NCBI GenBank assembly: GCA_031258415.1
Contig: JAIRMW010000136.1
Span: 1 to 44,464 of the forward strand
Direction of reading: 5' to 3'
Source of the DNA: Prevotellaceae bacterium
GTDB taxonomy: Bacteria > Bacteroidota > Bacteroidia > Bacteroidales > UBA932
DNA length: 44,464 nucleotides
Positions 25,684 through 34,412 of this stretch are shown here, in pieces. Both the position numbers and the translations under genes were made by a program. Within the stretch, counting starts at the first letter, position 1. Every line of letters begins with the position of its first letter. The notes beneath the pieces were generated by a model. The model ran no database searches. It saw nothing but the letters and a program-made list of their open reading frames with translations, and was not told the origin of the DNA.

Positions 25684-26790
25684 ATGAAAGAAGATATACC
25701 CACCGAAGAAATTCAACGTTTGCGGATCACCGATATCGCGCGGCTGGCCGGCGTGTCGCCCGGAACGGTGGACAGGGTGCTGCATAATCGCGGCCATGTG
25801 TCGCCGGAAAAGCGGGCGAAGATCGAGGCGATCATCGAAAAGTTGGACTATCGCCCGAATGTGTTTGCACGCTCGTTGTCCGTTAAGAAGGCGATGCGCT
25901 TCGTCTCGCTGATCCCCAATTTTGAGACTACCGGTTACTGGGACTATATCCGCAAGGGGATCAACAAGGCGCAAAAGGAAATTAGCGACCACCGGATTAT
26001 CATCGAGCATTATTTTTTCGACCAGTACGACAACCGCTCCTTTCATGACGCCACTAAAAAAGTGTTGGCCAAGCTGCCCGACGCCGTGATCTTTTCGCCG
26101 GTGTTTATTGAAGAGTCCATTGTGTTTGCCCAAAAATTAGAGCAAAAGAATATCCCCTGCGTGCTGGTCGATTCCAATGTAGAAACGATTAACTGTTTGG
26201 CGTACTATGGGCAGCATTCGTTGAAAAGCGGCTATACGGCCGCGCACTTGCTCTTTACAGGCCTGCCTCCGGGCAATGCCGTGTTGCTGACCCGTTCGGT
26301 GCGTCCCGACGGCGTGGGTTCGAATCAGGCCGTTCTTCGCGAACAGGGTTTTATGACGTATGTCAAGGAAAAGAAAATTCGGAAAAACTACCAGATTGTG
26401 CGGTTAGATTTGCATTCGAGCAATACGGAGAACAACCTGAAGCGCCTGAAGACCGTGGTGGGCAAATGTACGGTTCCGGTGTCGGGCGCCGTTATTTTCA
26501 GTTCGAAAGTCTATCGGCTTGTCGACGACCTTGTCAAGTTGAAACTAAAGGGCGTGCGGGTAATCGGCTACGACGAATTGCCGCAAAATGTAGCGGCGTT
26601 GAAAACCGGCCATGTCTCCTACCTGATTGCACAACGCCCCGAGATGCAGGGCTATCTTGTGGTAAAAGATTTGCTTAAACAGTTGGTCTATAAACAGCCT
26701 ACGCATCGTACCAACTATGTGCCGGTGGATATTCTGACCAAAGAAATTGTCGATGAATATTTACAGTTTAATCAGCGGCTGAACGAATAG
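25684..26790 (+). CDS. LacI-family transcriptional regulator
   Basis: HTH ITDIARLAGVSPGTVDRVLHNRGHVS plus a periplasmic-binding-protein-like sugar domain. Confidence 0.9.
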   Translation: MKEDIPTEEIQRLRITDIARLAGVSPGTVDRVLHNRGHVSPEKRAKIEAIIEKLDYRPNVFARSLSVKKAMRFVSLIPNFETTGYWDYIRKGINKAQKEISDHRIIIEHYFFDQYDNRSFHDATKKVLAKLPDAVIFSPVFIEESIVFAQKLEQKNIPCVLVDSNVETINCLAYYGQHSLKSGYTAAHLLFTGLPPGNAVLLTRSVRPDGVGSNQAVLREQGFMTYVKEKKIRKNYQIVRLDLHSSNTENNLKRLKTVVGKCTVPVSGAVIFSSKVYRLVDDLVKLKLKGVRVIGYDELPQNVAALKTGHVSYLIAQRPEMQGYLVVKDLLKQLVYKQPTHRTNYVPVDILTKEIVDEYLQFNQRLNE

Positions 26791-26819
26791 ACGCCGTTTG
26801 GCCCCGTACCCGTAAACAG

Positions 26820-28316
26820 ATGTTAGAATACCTGAAAATAAATGAGGCGGATAATGTAGCGGTAGCGATTGTAGCATTGCCGGCACACAAGGCGATAACG
26901 ATCGATGGCGAACGCATTGTGCTGCGGGAGGACGTCCCGGCGGGGCATAAGTTTGCCCTGATTGATCTGGCAGCCACGGCGCCGGTGGTGAAATATGGCT
27001 ATCCGATAGGCCATACCGTGCGGCCTGTAGCCAAAGGAGAATGGGTAAACGAACGGAATATTAAAACCAACCTCGGCGAACTACAGGAATATAGCTATCA
27101 CCCGCAACGACCGCAGCCCGCTATAGCCCGCCAGCCGTTGACGTTCGACGGCTATCGTCGTGCAAACGGGGACGCGGGCGTGCGTAACGAAATTTGGATC
27201 GTGCCGACTGTCGGCTGTGTAAACGGCATTGTGAACAGGCTGGCAGCCGAATTGCAGGCTGAAACCGGGGGGGAAAAGGTAGACGCTATTGTCGCTTTTC
27301 CACATCCCTACGGCTGCTCGCAATTGGGCGACGACCATGAAAACACCCGCAAGATTTTACGCAAAATCGCGCTGCACCCGAACGCAGGCGGCGTACTTAT
27401 TGTCGGGTTGGGATGCGAGAACAATCAGATTGCGGCGTTTCGCGAGTTGGTCGGGGAGCATGCGCATATCCGGTTTATGGAAACACAAAAAACAGGCGAC
27501 GAGATAGCAGAAGGGATGCGTCTCCTTCGCGAACTCTATGACAGGGCGTCCGCTCATACGCGGGAAGCGATACCGGCGTCCGAGCTGAAAATCGGTTTGA
27601 AATGTGGCGGTTCCGACGGGTTATCGGGGATTACGGCTAATCCGTTAGTCGGACTGTTTTCCGATTTTCTGGTTGCGCAGGGCGGCACGACGGTACTGAC
27701 CGAAGTGCCTGAAATGTTCGGCGCCGAGACGATTTTGATGAACCGCGCCCAAAATAAAGAGGTATTCGACAAAACGGTTCATCTGATTAACGATTTTAAG
27801 GCCTACTTTATAAAGAACGAACAACCGGTGTACGAAAACCCGTCGCCGGGCAACAAAGCCGGCGGCATTTCTACCTTGGAAGAGAAATCGCTTGGATGTA
27901 CGCAAAAAGGCGGCAAGGCGACCGTCATGGATGTGCTGGCGTATGGAGAACGCCTTCGACAGGAAAAAGGGGGAACGGGAGGCCTGTATCTGCTGAGCGC
28001 TCCGGGCAACGATTTGGTAGCCTCTACGGCGTTAGCCGCTGCCGGATGCCACGTCGTCCTGTTTACCACGGGGCGTGGTACTCCTTTCGGGACTTTTGTA
28101 CCGACGATGAAAATTTCGACTAATACTTCCCTGTATCGCCACAAGCCGACGTGGATTGATTTCAACGCCGGAACCATCGTCGAAGACGAAACGCCGGAAG
28201 CGGCTTGCCGGCGTTTTATCCAATATGTATTGCGGGTAGCCGGCGGCGAACCGGTCAATAACGAAAAGAACAGGTATCGCGAGATCGCTATTTTTAAAAC
28301 AGGCGTTACATTATAA
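26820..28316 (+). CDS. uxaA: Altronate dehydratase (UxaA family)
   Basis: N-terminal SAF domain (NEADNVAVA...VPAGHKFAL), GCVNG, GLGCENNQ. At 498 aa the length is typical. Confidence 0.85.
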   Translation: MLEYLKINEADNVAVAIVALPAHKAITIDGERIVLREDVPAGHKFALIDLAATAPVVKYGYPIGHTVRPVAKGEWVNERNIKTNLGELQEYSYHPQRPQPAIARQPLTFDGYRRANGDAGVRNEIWIVPTVGCVNGIVNRLAAELQAETGGEKVDAIVAFPHPYGCSQLGDDHENTRKILRKIALHPNAGGVLIVGLGCENNQIAAFRELVGEHAHIRFMETQKTGDEIAEGMRLLRELYDRASAHTREAIPASELKIGLKCGGSDGLSGITANPLVGLFSDFLVAQGGTTVLTEVPEMFGAETILMNRAQNKEVFDKTVHLINDFKAYFIKNEQPVYENPSPGNKAGGISTLEEKSLGCTQKGGKATVMDVLAYGERLRQEKGGTGGLYLLSAPGNDLVASTALAAAGCHVVLFTTGRGTPFGTFVPTMKISTNTSLYRHKPTWIDFNAGTIVEDETPEAACRRFIQYVLRVAGGEPVNNEKNRYREIAIFKTGVTL

Positions 28317-28455
28317 ACCGAACAGCGAAATGACACAACGCACCTATAAAAAAAGGTACAATAACCCTAAAATCCTTGCCGCAGCGGGTTCGCAAACGAC
28401 GCCCGCGCAATGCACGGAGTTCAGTCGGTTTGCCCCATTGCAAATCCGCATGGCT

Positions 28456-28541
<86 letters not shown>

Positions 28542-28562
28542 TACTGGGGCGGCATATCGCCG

Positions 28563-28576
28563 TTTCGCGCGCGAAA
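28563..28576. promoter_or_regulatory. Perfect 14-bp palindrome TTTCGCGCGCGAAA upstream of SusC
   Basis: Read directly from the sequence. The core is related to ATTCGCGCGAAT of the 37138-37284 array. Function is unknown. Confidence 0.4.
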
Positions 28577-28766
28577 TATAACACAAATCTACTTAATACG
28601 TATTGTGTCTTGCATTCGGATTCCGGAAAGTTATCCGGCATCTTTGCACAATACGCCATCCATTCCTGTGGTCGTAAGCGCCGCTTGCGATCCGTTACAT
28701 GCAACTTACCACTTCATAGTAAGTTTTAAATAAATAAAAAGAATACACAACTTAAAATCATGTTTT

Positions 28767-31700
28767 ATGCAAAAGCAAAAGAACACAATGAGATGTAGAC
28801 GACTGCTGACCCTGATGGCAGTATCGTTGATTTCGCTGTGCATGTATGCACAGACGCAGGTTTCCGGTATTGTCAAGGACGACGCCGGCAGCCCGATTAT
28901 TGGCGCTTCGGTAATAGCTACCGGCTCTGCCGTGGCGGCTATGACTGATGAGAACGGCCGGTACACAATGAATGTGCCGGCCGGAATAAACACACTGACG
29001 GTTTCATTTCTTGGGATGAAAACGGCTACTGTACCCATTACGGGCAGTGTGGTAAATGTAACGATGGAAAGCGATACGCAAGTCCTTGAGGAAGTAGTTT
29101 TCATCGGGTATGGGACGATGAAAAAAAGGGACATTACCGGTTCGATAGCGTCTGTGAGCGGCGAGGATATTGCGGCAACCCCGGTTGCTAATGTCGCGCA
29201 GGCATTGCAGGGCAAACTGCCGGGCGTCAATGTTACGACGCAGGACGGACGCCCCGACGCCACGATTTCTATCCGGGTACGCGGCGGGGGGTCTATTTCG
29301 CAAAGCAATGAACCGCTGTTGTTGGTCGACGGGTTTCCGGTGAGTTCGCTCAGCGATATTCCCGCCGATTTGATTGAAAGCATCGACGTCTTGAAAGACG
29401 CCTCGTCGACGGCTATTTACGGAGCCAGAGGCGCTAACGGGGTCATTATTGTAACCACCAAGTCGTCGAAAGGCGACCGGCTGTCGGTTACGTATAATGG
29501 GTATGTTAAATTCAATACGCCGACGAAATACTTGGAGACCATGAACGCTTACGATTACGTCGCCTACAACTGGGGATACGCCGAAGTCATAGGCGCCGGT
29601 TACAGGGACGCATGGGCGAAGCTGTGGGCTATTGGCGATTATACGAATTTTACATCCAACAACATTACATACAATAACCCGCAGGGGATTGAGCATTATC
29701 GTAATGTGGCGGCTCCGAATATGACGGAACAGGTGTATGGCGATTCGTTCGGGCACAGTCATAACCTGACTATCCGGGGCGGAAGCGAGAAAACCAAATA
29801 CATCTTTGCCGTAAATCATATTGATGAAGACGGGATGAAAGTCAATTCGTGGTTCCAGCGTTCTAATGTGTCGTTCAAACTGAACCAGCAACTGCACAAG
29901 AACCTGACGATGCAAGTCGACGCCCGCTACACCAACGCGCAACGGATAATCGGCGAAAGCACGACGAACGGTACCGGCTCTATCCTGTCGTCGGCATACC
30001 GCTTCCGCCCGATTGCGACAAGCGATGTGATGGGAGAATTAGACTATAATTACAATACCCAGTTGGGGGACTACCTGCTGCTGCTGTCGGACGAATACAA
30101 CCCGATTGCGCGGACGGAGGATTATGTGCCGCATCGGATTAACCAGAATATCCGGGCGAACGCTTCGTTAGACTGGGTGATTATCAAAGGCCTTACGGTT
30201 CATTCCGAATTGGGATTGAGCACCTACTGGAATAAGACCAAAACATGGGCGGGGGCTGTATACCAAAACTACATCGACAAAACCACCGGCGAAAAGACCT
30301 ATGGCGGCGACGCCAGTATCGACCGGTCGGACGGATGGAGCTTGCGGTGGGCTAATACGCTCAGCTACGACGTTCAGGGATTAGGCGAGGATCACAGCCT
30401 GAATATCATGGCGGGGCAGGAGATTTCCAACTCCGGATCGGAGAGCGTGAGCATCAGCGGCCAGTACTATCCGGCGTCGTTCGATGCGGAACGCGCTTTT
30501 GCGATGATGGATCAGTACAATAAAGACATGAGCAGTCCGAACCATGAGTTCAGTTCCTCCATAGGGACGCCCGACCGGATGCTTTCGTTCTTCGGACGGT
30601 TGAACTATGCGCTTCTTGACCGCTATCTGCTGACGGTTACGTTCCGCGCCGACGGTTCGTCCCGCTTTGCGCCGACCAACCGCTGGGGGTATTTCCCGGC
30701 GGCGGCTATAGCTTGGCGTGCGTCCGACGAGCCTTTCCTGCAAGAATTGACGTGGATGGATAACCTCAAACTTCGCCTTTCGTATGGAACGGTGGGGAAC
30801 GACGGCATCAGCGCCGACTTGTGGAAGATGAACTGGGAGTCGTCGGGGCTGTTGGGCTATTCGATAGACGAAGTACGGCAACCCGGCTATCAGCCGGCGT
30901 CTACCACCATGTCGAACCCCGATCTGAAATGGGAAACGACGATCACCCGCAACCTTGGGCTTGATTTCAGCGTCCTGAAGGGAACCCTCTCCGGTACGAT
31001 CGACGCCTACTGGAATACCACCCGCGATTTGTTGATGCTTACGTCCATCTCGGCGCTGTCGGGATTCGGAAGCACGTACGACAATATCGGACAGACGTCG
31101 AACAAGGGGATTGAAATTGCCTTGTCGAGCCAGATCGTGCAGACGAACGATTTTTCGCTGCGGGTAGGGATGAACATCAACTTCAATCGGGGGAATGTCG
31201 ATGCGTTGGCCGAAGGCGTGAACGGCCTGTATAAAACGGAGTGGGGCTCGTCGATGACCCGCCCCAATACGGGCGATTATATCCTGCTGGAAGGCCGGCC
31301 GGTTGGGCTGGTACGCGGATGGGAATATGACGGATGGTATACTACCGACGACTTTACGTTTGATAATGGCGTATATACCCTGAAGGACGGAGTACCCGAT
31401 ATTGCGCCGGGGATCCTGGGGACGGTCTACGGGACCGAAACGGGAAAACCCTCCGGGCAGTCGGCCTATCCGGGGGTGATGAAGCTGAAGGACTCTGACG
31501 GCAGCGGCACGGTCGACGACGACGACGTAGACGTCATTGGCGATATGAACCCCATACATACGGGCGGGCTGACCATCAACGCCTCGTATAAGAACTTCGA
31601 CCTGCTGCTGGGATTCAACTGGAGCTACGGCAACGAGGTATACAACACCAACCGCTTAGGCGCATGGTACGGGAGCAAGCAGGACGGATTGTACCGCAAC

Positions 31701-32120
31701 CGCCTGAGCGAGCTGAGCGGGGCGTATAAAATCTACGATATACGGAACGGGCAACTTACGCGTATCACCCAGCCGGCGGAATTAGACGCCCTGAATGCCA
31801 ATGCGTCGTACTACCTGCCCTACCATGAAAATCCGGTGGTCTCGACCTTCGGGATCGAAGACGGGTCGTTCTTGCGACTGAACAACCTGACGCTGGGCTA
31901 TTCGTTGCCCAAGCCGTTGTTGCAAAAAGTAGGGATCGCCAATCTGCGCCTGTACGGTACGATTTACAACCTGCTTACCCTGACGGGTTATTCCGGCCTC
32001 GACCCGGAAGTGAGCACCAATACCCGGCAGGGGCCGGCGCAATATCCTACGATTGGACTGGACTGGGGAGCCTATCCCCGGGCAAGGTCGTTTGTGATAG
32101 GCGTCAATCTTGAATTTTAA
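28767..32120 (+). CDS. SusC/RagA-family TonB-dependent outer-membrane transporter
   Basis: Signal peptide, CarboxypepD_reg-like VSGIVKDDAGSPIIGASV, TonB-box region DITGSIASV, plug IESIDVLKDASSTAIYGARGANGVIIVTTK, terminal ...GVNLEF. 1117 aa. Confidence 0.93.
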   Translation: MQKQKNTMRCRRLLTLMAVSLISLCMYAQTQVSGIVKDDAGSPIIGASVIATGSAVAAMTDENGRYTMNVPAGINTLTVSFLGMKTATVPITGSVVNVTMESDTQVLEEVVFIGYGTMKKRDITGSIASVSGEDIAATPVANVAQALQGKLPGVNVTTQDGRPDATISIRVRGGGSISQSNEPLLLVDGFPVSSLSDIPADLIESIDVLKDASSTAIYGARGANGVIIVTTKSSKGDRLSVTYNGYVKFNTPTKYLETMNAYDYVAYNWGYAEVIGAGYRDAWAKLWAIGDYTNFTSNNITYNNPQGIEHYRNVAAPNMTEQVYGDSFGHSHNLTIRGGSEKTKYIFAVNHIDEDGMKVNSWFQRSNVSFKLNQQLHKNLTMQVDARYTNAQRIIGESTTNGTGSILSSAYRFRPIATSDVMGELDYNYNTQLGDYLLLLSDEYNPIARTEDYVPHRINQNIRANASLDWVIIKGLTVHSELGLSTYWNKTKTWAGAVYQNYIDKTTGEKTYGGDASIDRSDGWSLRWANTLSYDVQGLGEDHSLNIMAGQEISNSGSESVSISGQYYPASFDAERAFAMMDQYNKDMSSPNHEFSSSIGTPDRMLSFFGRLNYALLDRYLLTVTFRADGSSRFAPTNRWGYFPAAAIAWRASDEPFLQELTWMDNLKLRLSYGTVGNDGISADLWKMNWESSGLLGYSIDEVRQPGYQPASTTMSNPDLKWETTITRNLGLDFSVLKGTLSGTIDAYWNTTRDLLMLTSISALSGFGSTYDNIGQTSNKGIEIALSSQIVQTNDFSLRVGMNINFNRGNVDALAEGVNGLYKTEWGSSMTRPNTGDYILLEGRPVGLVRGWEYDGWYTTDDFTFDNGVYTLKDGVPDIAPGILGTVYGTETGKPSGQSAYPGVMKLKDSDGSGTVDDDDVDVIGDMNPIHTGGLTINASYKNFDLLLGFNWSYGNEVYNTNRLGAWYGSKQDGLYRNRLSELSGAYKIYDIRNGQLTRITQPAELDALNANASYYLPYHENPVVSTFGIEDGSFLRLNNLTLGYSLPKPLLQKVGIANLRLYGTIYNLLTLTGYSGLDPEVSTNTRQGPAQYPTIGLDWGAYPRARSFVIGVNLEF

Positions 32121-32140
32121 CCTTATAATATACTGTAATC

Positions 32141-34252
32141 ATGAAAAAATTCTTTTATACTTTCTGTTGCACCCTGATGTTGACATCGCTTTCGTGCGAC
32201 GCTTATTTAGACGTAGCTTCTCCTTCCAATGTCGACGAGGACTTCGTATTCTCCACCCCGGACGAAGCCTACAAAGTACTGATGAGTTGTTACGAATTGT
32301 TCCGCAGTCCGGGAAACGACTACGGTTCCAATACCGTCCATTCCAACGGGCTGTTTTATGAAGTGATTATCGGCGGGTCGGATTCCGAGACCCACCCCGA
32401 AGCCTACAGCGCCCAACAGAGGCACATTCCCGAAGGGCTGTATGCCGAAGAAATTACCATCGACTATTCTGCGTTTATTTCCGGATGGGGGGCGCTCTAT
32501 ATGCTGGCTAACCGGCTGGCGATAGTCATCAGCCAGATTGAAACCAAAGACGCTTTCAAGACGGCATGGGACAACCAGCAGCCTTCGGAGTGGACGCAGA
32601 TGTACGGCGAGGCCGTAACCCTGCGGGCGATTTGCTACCACGAACTGATCCGGTTCTACGGCGATGTGCCTTACTTCGACGGACCCATTTATACACAGAA
32701 TCAGACCGACGGCGTTACCCTGATTTCCCGCTGGGCTATCTACGACAAGCTGATTGCCTCGGTACAGCGAGTCGAGCCGTTTATGTTCCGGCTGGGCGAA
32801 GGAGGCATTGGCGGCGAGCGGATTTCGCGCACCTTTGCCCAGGCCATGATCGGGCGGATAGCTCTCTACGCGGCCGGCTATCACCTCTGCCGGCTCGATA
32901 TCGACCACGGCGTAGCCCTCGAACGGCATCCGACGATCAACGGGACGAAATGGAACGCCATCTACGCCCGCCATCCTCAATACCGGCAGTATTATGAAAC
33001 AGCCCGGCAGTACCTCGAAGCCTGTATTGCCGCTCCCGGATCGGCGCGGCTGATTACCACCGACGACCGCGCCCATACCAGCAACCCCTTTCAGCGGCAT
33101 TTCCAGTACTCGCTCGACTTGCAGGTCAGCCCCGAAACGCTGTTTGAGGTAGCCGAGACGCAGGGCATCCAGTGCGAACGTCCGTATGCGTTTGGCCGTC
33201 CGTCGAATGGCGGCAACGCCAATGCCTCGCCCTGCAATGCCTACGGGCAAAGCCGGATGCACCCCAGCGTCTACTACGGCGATTTTGCGAACGACGATAT
33301 GCGGCGCGACGTGAGTATTACGGTTACTTCGAGCACCGGCGCGGCGAAGGAACAAATTCAGGAATTTGGGCCGGGCGCCCGCAAATTGGGCGGATTGGTG
33401 AACAACAAATGGGACGAAAACCGCATGAACCCGCCCTACAAAGCCTCGCGGCGGCAGTCCGGCGTGAACGCTCCCTACATGCGCATGGCCGACGCCATCC
33501 TGATGCTGGCGGAAGCCTACGCCGAATTAGGCTCCGAAGGCCCGGCTCGCGCCGAATGGCTCAAAGTGCGCAACCGCGCTTTCCGTACCGACCAGAGCAG
33601 CTATGTCAATGGCTTCTCCGGCGACGCCCTGAAGGAAGCGATTGCGCAGGAGCGAAAACTCGAGTTTGTTGGCGAAGGCCTGCGACGCTACGACCTCATC
33701 CGCACCGGCAAACTGCCCGAAAAGATCATCGCCCTCCGGCAAACGCAGCAGGCGATGGTCGACGCCCTCCGTACGCAGGAGTACTACGCATTCCCGAATG
33801 GAAATGTGATCCCTGCGTATATCTGGACAAAGGCGGTGAATACGGCCGATCTCGGAATGAGCACCATGCTCACCTACGAGTGCGACGTGCCGCCGACCGA
33901 CCCCGCCTATCCCGTAAAATTTCCCGGATGGAGGGGGCAGTACGACGGCTATGGCGCCGGGCTGGATAATACGAACGGCAACCGGAGCATCGCCATACAG
34001 GGGCTGTTCCGCTTTATCGCCGAAGGAAGCGCCGAAGCGAATGCGCTGATTGCGCAGGGCTATGCAAAAACCCCATGGGGCAGTACGATTGTAACGAATG
34101 AAGCCCACTATACGACCGACCTTTTCCGGGGCTATACGCAGGCCGACCTTGCCGCCGGCAATCCGCCGCGCTACCTGTTGCCGCTCTCGAGCGAAACCAT
34201 TGCAAAGTCGAAAGGGCTTATTTCAAACGGCTACGGATTTGCGCAACAATAG
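32141..34252 (+). CDS. SusD/RagB-family nutrient-binding outer-membrane lipoprotein (large, 703 aa)
   Basis: Lipobox LTSLSC. It starts 20 nt after the SusC stop, the canonical susCD pairing. Confidence 0.88.
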   Translation: MKKFFYTFCCTLMLTSLSCDAYLDVASPSNVDEDFVFSTPDEAYKVLMSCYELFRSPGNDYGSNTVHSNGLFYEVIIGGSDSETHPEAYSAQQRHIPEGLYAEEITIDYSAFISGWGALYMLANRLAIVISQIETKDAFKTAWDNQQPSEWTQMYGEAVTLRAICYHELIRFYGDVPYFDGPIYTQNQTDGVTLISRWAIYDKLIASVQRVEPFMFRLGEGGIGGERISRTFAQAMIGRIALYAAGYHLCRLDIDHGVALERHPTINGTKWNAIYARHPQYRQYYETARQYLEACIAAPGSARLITTDDRAHTSNPFQRHFQYSLDLQVSPETLFEVAETQGIQCERPYAFGRPSNGGNANASPCNAYGQSRMHPSVYYGDFANDDMRRDVSITVTSSTGAAKEQIQEFGPGARKLGGLVNNKWDENRMNPPYKASRRQSGVNAPYMRMADAILMLAEAYAELGSEGPARAEWLKVRNRAFRTDQSSYVNGFSGDALKEAIAQERKLEFVGEGLRRYDLIRTGKLPEKIIALRQTQQAMVDALRTQEYYAFPNGNVIPAYIWTKAVNTADLGMSTMLTYECDVPPTDPAYPVKFPGWRGQYDGYGAGLDNTNGNRSIAIQGLFRFIAEGSAEANALIAQGYAKTPWGSTIVTNEAHYTTDLFRGYTQADLAAGNPPRYLLPLSSETIAKSKGLISNGYGFAQQ

Positions 34253-34288
34253 ACGCTTCGACGCTCGACGCTCGACTTTCCGATACTC
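34252..34288. repeat. Short GAYRCTC-family heptamer tract directly after SusD stop
   Basis: gacgcttc gacgctc gacgctc gactttc cgatactc. Same unit and orientation as 1920-2129. Confidence 0.7.
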
Positions 34289-34313
34289 CCCGCCCCGCCG
34301 CAGGGGTGGGGAG
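34286..34313 (+). terminator. GC-rich 11-bp stem hairpin (one G.U) after SusD
   Basis: CTCCCCGCCCC gccgca GGGGTGGGGAG. There is no T-tract, so it may be an attenuator or processing structure rather than a full terminator. Confidence 0.4.
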
Positions 34314-34412
34314 CCCGGAAGGGGGCGCAAAAAGCAGAAATAAAATAAACGAATGACGAAAAGGCGATCGAGCGAACGACCGTATAAACACGATGACAAT
34401 ATGCTACACCGC

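Noticed and set aside
28815-28830. TGGCAGtatcgTTGA, a sigma-54 -24/-12-like motif, sought because an enhancer-binding protein is encoded nearby.
   Set aside because: It lies inside the SusC signal-peptide coding region and deviates at the key -12 GC, so it is most likely chance.
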